This document shows positions 57,650-64,000 of a stretch of DNA of 64,000 nt, piece by piece; position 1 is the first letter of the stretch, and every line of letters starts with the position of its first letter. The position numbers were made by a program, and so were the translations under genes. Source of the stretch: Eutreptiella sp. 'Long Island Sound 2002' (taxonomy: Eukaryota; Protista; Euglenida); assembly GCA_964036045.1 (NCBI GenBank), contig OZ038378.1, forward strand, positions 2,046,001-2,110,000. The letters run 5' to 3'. Below the pieces are notes generated by a model that saw only the letters and a list, made by a program, of their open reading frames with translations, made no database searches and was not told where the DNA came from.

Positions 57650-60600
57650 GGCGCATTGTGGCGCCGTGACACAAGCATACCCATGGGTGAGCCATTTTCC
57701 GTCTAGTGTGCCGACTTTTACACACTGTGGAGAGTCAAGCGGGCCGGAAAACGTATGCGGGACTGGGGCGACATACAGAAATCCAACAGTGGCCATGTGA
57801 ATAGGTGTTGCCCTGGGGATTTCAATGACCATCGGGGGTATGGTAGGTATCATCTGGGCACACCCCTCTCCACTGCCTACACTTAAGCCCGATTGGTCGT
57901 CGAGGCATAGCAATCCATTGGTTACCCCAGCACGCCATTTCCTGGGTACTTGTTGTGCACTTCTGTCGGCAGTTTGACTGGTGCATTGCTGTGGCATGAC
58001 ATGTGGGTGGCCCAAATCCTGGCCGCGTTAGCTTGGGCCTCGGTGACACTGGCAAGTGACCGCAACCGGATGGTGGTGATGAGAGGGCTGCACAAAGCTG
58101 TGTGTCTTGTGTACTGTGCACCCCTATGGAGTGCAGTGGAGTGCAGTGAACACTATGCACGTGGTTCTACGCGATAGCCCATCACCAGCTCTGCGCTCAC
58201 GTGAAATGACTGACACAGTGGCTCCAACGTAATTCGGAGTGGGTAGGAGCGCGGTACACCGAACACGTTATACCGGAGGCATTTAGGCCAGAAACTTACG
58301 AGCCTGCCTGGTGCGGCAACATGCATCTCCCGTGGGCTCTATCCGCCTTAGGATCAAGCTCCCTCTTTCCTCCCTTGCCTTCTGTGTGGCCGCGGTTGGG
58401 TGGTTGCACCCAACACAGGTGAAATATCTTTTTGGCTGTCATGAACATGAACTCCCATGGACTTATCTTGGTCTGTTGATTAGTGAAGCACAAAGCAGGT
58501 GAAGGCACAGGGAACTGTATCACGCCGCGTGCATTTTCTCAGCTGGTATCAGCAGACCGAAAGACGTCTAGGGCTGCCCAGCAGCTCCTCATGAATTTTC
58601 TTTCACCGTTTTTCACAACATTTCTGATTTGAGGCAAGACCTCCACTAAAGAAGCTTGAGCACCAGGCACGGTGCGCACTGCTTGATGAGGAACGCACGG
58701 TGTGTGTTTGCCGTCGTGGTGGGGTTCATCGTGGACCTCATCCCATTGGCTCTTGAGACGCGAGCTGCCAATTATGTGCGGATGAGGCCGAGACAACCGG
58801 AAACTGAGCAGAGGCTGCACCAGCTAGTTGCATCGGTTTTTAGAGTGCTGACTGTGCATTTCCCAAAGCTGGCATTGCAAGTTGAGCACAAAGAGAATGT
58901 GCATGCCTATTGCAGGATCTTGTCTGGGTAGGTGCCTTCGCGTGCAAGCATCAAGACAATAAAAGCAACTGGTACAAGGAGCCAGGCCAGTGGGGGCATG
59001 TGGTTGTGGGCTCAGGGATGGGACCTGGCAGTAGCCAGTATCCACCATGCCCTGACAGGGCCGGTTGATGGTCAGGGTATTGTGTTCTGGCATTTGCATG
59101 CAGACGCGCGGTCTTTGTCTTATATTTTGTGTCAGGGGGTTATGCGATACACATCAGACACGTTCCCTCGTCAGGGACCCGACAAGGGGATCCCCTCTCT
59201 CCGCCTGTATTTTCTCTGGTGTCTTCATTGGCAATCTATCCGAATTTAGCTTCACATGTGCCGGGGGCAATTGTGCTTATGTACGCAGACGACCTAGTAA
59301 TTTTCTCTCCGTTTGATTACCATGATGGCCCACTAAAGGTTGTTATGGAGGTACTACAAGAATTTAGTGATTATTCAGGGTTGAGGTTGAACCTGCAAAA
59401 AACGGCGGCGATTGTGCGAAATTCACGAGTGGAGCCGTGGCTGGATGCCTTCTAGGCGTATGGCGGTTTGGTCCGCAACTGCCTTGGCATTAGACTGGGT
59501 AATGTGTTAATATCGGCTACCAGACAGCTATTGGACTGTGGTCTTACAGTGGACCAAGCTTACACTCCTGCCTTGCAGGAGTGTCTGCGTAGAACACACC
59601 TGGTTTCTGCCTTGCCATTACAAGTTGCTGAATGCATTTTTCTTCTCAAAATCTGCATGCTTCTGGTTTTTGCCTGGACAGCAAAAGCGTACTTCCCCAC
59701 TGATTCGGTTCTCCGCCAAGTAAGATTGGTGTACAAGGTCGCCCCCAGGCTCCACGCTCCACAGTCGGGGGCTCTATTTCCGGATTCTGTCCAAGCCGCC
59801 TTCGCGGGGGGGCTTTGGACTTGCCCCCCCTGACGTCTTTGTTCTTTCCTGTGGCACCAATCTGCCCACCCATACGTTAAGGCTGTTGTATAGCATGACA
59901 CGTATACTGCGGGCGCAATGCACGGTGGGCAGACAAAGTAGGGTTGTCGTTGGAGACTACTACCGACCACGTAGTTGGGGATGGTCGGCACTAGGGGTCT
60001 GAGTTTCTTGGGTTGGTCAGCAAAGTCCTTTTCTTTGGTGAGGCGTAGGGTACCCCCGGTACGGCCACCGGCCAATCTACAGGAAGAGTTTCTTTGGCAT
60101 TCAGTTTATTTTCGTAATGTACATGGGCACACGCACTACTGTACTGCCCTCATTAGGGAAGGCATTTTTACATATGGACAACTTATGAACCATGAACATT
60201 GCCGCCATCCCGCTGACTTGGGGGCCTTTTTACCTAACAAGAGAACTTCGCATGCAAACAATCAAGCTGCCCGCTTTTGAGCAGCCCTCCCATGGCCTGC
60301 TATCTTTGTGGGCGGAGGGGATGTCTGAGTGGTTGAGTGCCGTGAACTCTCAGGATTGTTCGGATGAGATCACGGTCTTCCTTGCTGCAGTCCAAACGAT
60401 GGTGGCCACGGGGGTCCTGCCCCCGTGGCCCCGGCTGTGTCCGACTAAATCGGCACAGAGCTCTCCTGACCCCGGCTTAGCAGAGGACGGTAGACCCAAG
60501 CAAAAGCGTAAGTTAGTCGAGTTGGAGGGAGTATCACAATCTATTGATTCATTGGTGCAAAAGGGGGTTATTTTGATGGATACAGACGGCTCATCTAAAC

Positions 60601-61850
60601 GGACTCATCACAGAAAATCCCGCAGGTGCGGGGGGGGGGGGGGGGGGATGGCGGTTTATATTCCGGCAACGGAGCAATGCCAGGACGTCCGCATTGCAGT
60701 CCCGATAGATGATGAGGAACATATATAAGTGACGAAGAGGGGTACCGGTCGCGCAAAAGGGCAAGGCGGCTCTTGGGTTCATGAACGGCTCTGACGTTGG
60801 TTTTTCTTCCGCAAGCAACAAGACTTGCTTGTGCCCACGGAAGTTTGGGAGCGGCCATACCCATCGGCGTGACGACCCAGCGTATCGTCGGTGGTAGTAT
60901 AGAGGTAATGCAGTGAGTGTGCGAACCCCCAGTCGTGGTTTCGAACCCCAAAGGGGGTGGCGTTGCACCGAACATCCCGTCCCCGAAATATTGCAGGGTT
61001 TTCACTGAGGGGGTGAAGGGCTATAGGTACACATATCATAGTAGCTAAGCATGCGGCCGGCGCTCTTCCGGGGGGGGGGGTTTCGAATCCTGCCGGGCAC
61101 GTAGCTGGTTGGTCTTGTGTAGTAGTCGATGAATATCGCCCTCCTGTCGACCGCATCTTGTGTTCCCAACCGGATGGGAGGTCGTTTTTTGGACCAAACA
61201 TCCAGTAGAGTGTGTTGAAGCGTGGCGTTCGGATTGTTTAAGCTGTGTGTATGCAGAGCGCAACGGGTGGTAACAGCGTCATTGTATGGGAACGGAGCAG
61301 ACCTGAAACGCACAGGACACACACATCACATATCCATATGCCACGGAGCCGGCGCTTTATTTCATGCATTTGAGGTAGAGGGTAAGCCCAGGGTTGCATG
61401 GTTCATGGCTAACCGGCGCCAATGGGTGGGGGACAAGCTGACCCAGACGGCCCATGGAACATTCGACAGCCGTGTTGTGCGGTGATGTCAAGGCAACATT
61501 CAGTCCGCGTCTGGGTTGGGCTGCAGAGCAGCGAGGCAAAACAATGCACTGTGAGTTGTGGCTATGACCATATGCCTGTGTCACGGGGGTATATGCGAGC
61601 TCAGTATCCGTTACTCATGGCCCTCCTCTTCCAATGCGGGATCCAGCCCAGTGCGATTTTGTGGAGAAACGTTCTCTTTGGCCCTCGCTCGGGATCATCG
61701 TAGAAATGGAGAGCTCTGAACTTTGATGCCGAAAACATTGCCTCAAGTACCATATGATGAACAGGGACCGTCAGCACACCTTCGTCCTGACCAAAAGACC
61801 AGTTCTCTTTTGGCCCTCGGTTGCCAAATGTCCTGGGCATTTACAAAGGG
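57650..61850 (+). mobile_element. Decayed non-LTR retrotransposon (L1/Tx1-like) with APE endonuclease, RT and RNase H
   Basis: GDFN (~57816), SDR/SDH-like (~58055), GTRQGDPLSP (~59174), YADD (59282-59293), SGLRLNLQKT, (C/Y)LGIRLG, RNase H TDGS (60582-60593) and GHT...GN (~60850-60910), weak C-terminal Cys/His motif ~61550-61640; many stops and frameshifts. Confidence 0.8.
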
Positions 61851-63479
61851 TCTTTTCCTCAGGCCCTTTAGGCCAGAGACCATAGGAGGATCCCCTTTTC
61901 CTCAGGCCCTTTAGGCCAGAGACCATAGGAGGATTCCCGTGTGACCCTGTCTGCCCCACTGCAGTCCAAATGGCCGAGGTCGTCTTGCCATACATCCGCA
62001 ACGGCCGGGCGGCCGTCAGCACTACGATCGGGCTGACTGTGTTCCGGTGGCTCCACCCGGACTTTCCCATCTCACGCCTGATTGGCCTGTTGCAGATGCC
62101 GGACCACATTGCAGCGTTGGTATGTGCGGGCCCTGGGTCGCGAAGGGGCGCGCGCAGGAGCAGAGTGGCACTTAAACACGGGCACCGTTGGGAGGGGGGG
62201 GAGCGTTGGGTTGGGTTGGGGGGGTACAAAAGCACCGTGACAGGACCAGTAGAATGACCGGAAACCAACAGGAAACACCCGGAAAACATGAGGACCCCAG
62301 GAAGAGACCAACAGGAACACCGTGGGGGAGGGCTGCCTGCTGAGGTACCCGACCCCCTCTGGGGCCTCCAACCACAACAACCCCGTCGGGCTCCAAAATC
62401 CCAACAGGCAGCGCCCCGTGAGGAACACACGAGACAAGTTCCTGGGGAGTGACAGGCCAATACCGCGAAACCACCAGGAACCTGTCACACGCCGCTGCGC
62501 GGCACGCGGCCAAGCGTCGCGCCCCCAATCCCACGTTCGGGTGCAGCAGACCCCTTTGTGCGCGGACTCGAAGCGGGAGCCCCTGTCTGACCGGGCATCC
62601 TCGGAATCGCTTTGTTGCTCCCCCGATTCCTTCGGAGGGCGGTTTGGCAGTCCAGGCTAAATAAGTGTGCCGGTTGGCACTTTCCGGGGACCAAGAAAAG
62701 ATCCACTGGATCGTTCGCGGTCGACGAGAGTGTTGCATCGGATGCCTCCCTGACCTGATGAACCATCCCGCTCCACTCCTGAAGGGACAACCGGCGCACT
62801 GCGCACCCCCTGCGCAGGGGGTGTCGGAACGAAATCCTTGGCGAACGGGCTGGTGGTAGAGCCCCTGAAAAGACCGTGCCTTGGAGGCTCGTGGTGGGGT
62901 GTGGACTGCGCAGCGCAAATGCCTGTTACTGTCCGAAGATTGATGTTGGTGGGTGGGTGGGCCAGCCGGGCTGGGCCAGACCGGCCTCCCCCCCCCCCCC
63001 CCCCGCCCCAAGGATGTGTGAGAACGGCTGACCACCATAGGAGGAGCCCTCCTCTCCTCTCTCCTAATACCACCCCCCACCCCACACCCTTTTTGGGTCA
63101 CTACGCAACCTGATCGAGAAAAGGTTTTCTCAGCTCCTTCGGCACCTGTTCTTTCATGCAGACCTCAGGGAGTCTCGTCTCGTTTCCTGTTTCTTTTCAA
63201 GCATAATTGCCCCCTCCAAACACTTGGGAGAGAGGAGGATCCCCCCCCAGTCCATCACCTCTGTTGCGATGTGGGTCACGCGTACAGAAACCTGCGCTTG
63301 TGGTTTGCACATAGTGTCAGCATGGCGGCGGCACGTGTGCATACCGCTGCCAGCCATGCTTGTGCTCTGGGGCATGATATATTGACACGTGGTTGTATGA
63401 AACACGCCTCAGGACCGTTTCCTGCTTCATGATGAAACGGTCTCCTCAAACGCCCTATGCACGTATGGCCATTATCCGT

Positions 63480-63585
63480 TTGTGCCCCCTCCCCCCCACT
63501 ACTTGGTGGGTTTGTGCCCCCCCCCCCCCCGCCCCCACTACTTGGTGGGTTTGTGCCCCCCCCCCCCCCCACTACTTGGTGGTGA
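63480..63585. repeat. Short tandem triplication (ccactacttggtgg..tttgtgccccc)
   Basis: Direct inspection. Confidence 0.8.
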
Positions 63586-64000
63586 TTTTCAGACGAATAA
63601 GGATACCCTGGGATCTGAGGGTCAATCATCATTCAAAACTGTAACTGTTCTGTGCGTCTATGTACAAGGTTGCCTTTATGCATATACGGTCATTTTCTGT
63701 TTGTGCCCCCCCCCCCCCCCCCTCCCCGCGGAGTGGGCTTTTGGGGGTGGTAGGTATAGGTACCCCGTCCTATTTTTGGGGACAAGTTCAGAACAAAAGG
63801 TTCAGGAGCCAAATGAAGCAGGGGAAAAGCAGTGCAAGGGCAAAAAAACATAAAACTAGGAGAACATCACTGTTGCTGAGACGGTAAATAGTGTACGAGA
63901 AATGAGTCAAATTATAATCCAAAACCTCTAAACTAGTCCTTTGCATCCCAAGTAACAGTTTGGCCAACATTGAAGTGAATGGGAGTGAGTCAAATACTCC

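Noticed and set aside
61075-61105. tRNA gene (ggtttcgaatcctgccgggcac B-box-like)
   Set aside because: No A box, D arm or acceptor stem upstream.

Overview
Eukaryotic, repeat-saturated window, most likely from a euglenid-type protist. This is inferred from GC3-rich exons with TGCAG acceptors, a 15-nt match to the euglenid spliced leader and degenerate TTAGGG hexamers. Only three host coding units are visible: an orphan terminal exon (12499-12914 +), a two-exon Tim17/22/23-family gene (41033-43700 +) and an intronless ABHD4/5-like alpha/beta hydrolase (51235-52422 +). The rest is decayed mobile DNA. (i) A >=12 kb minus-strand multi-domain relic carries a Upf1/DNA2-like SF1 helicase, a PHD-like finger and a USP (peptidase C19) domain followed by a second P-loop; the USP-containing 2142-bp segment is tandemly amplified ~2.5x. 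(ii) A ~10 kb head-to-tail array of Penelope-like retroelements has two diverged RTs that both carry YRDN instead of YxDD, with a GIY-YIG nuclease apparently N-terminal. (iii) Pogo-like DDE fragments are internally tandem-amplified. (iv) There are two MITE types (TA TSD; 8-bp TSD). (v) An EN-RT-RNase H LINE relic lies near the right end. (vi) Mini/microsatellites and long G/C homopolymers are abundant. All domain calls are motif recognition by eye, without database searches; most ORFs in the supplied track are shadows or decayed fragments.
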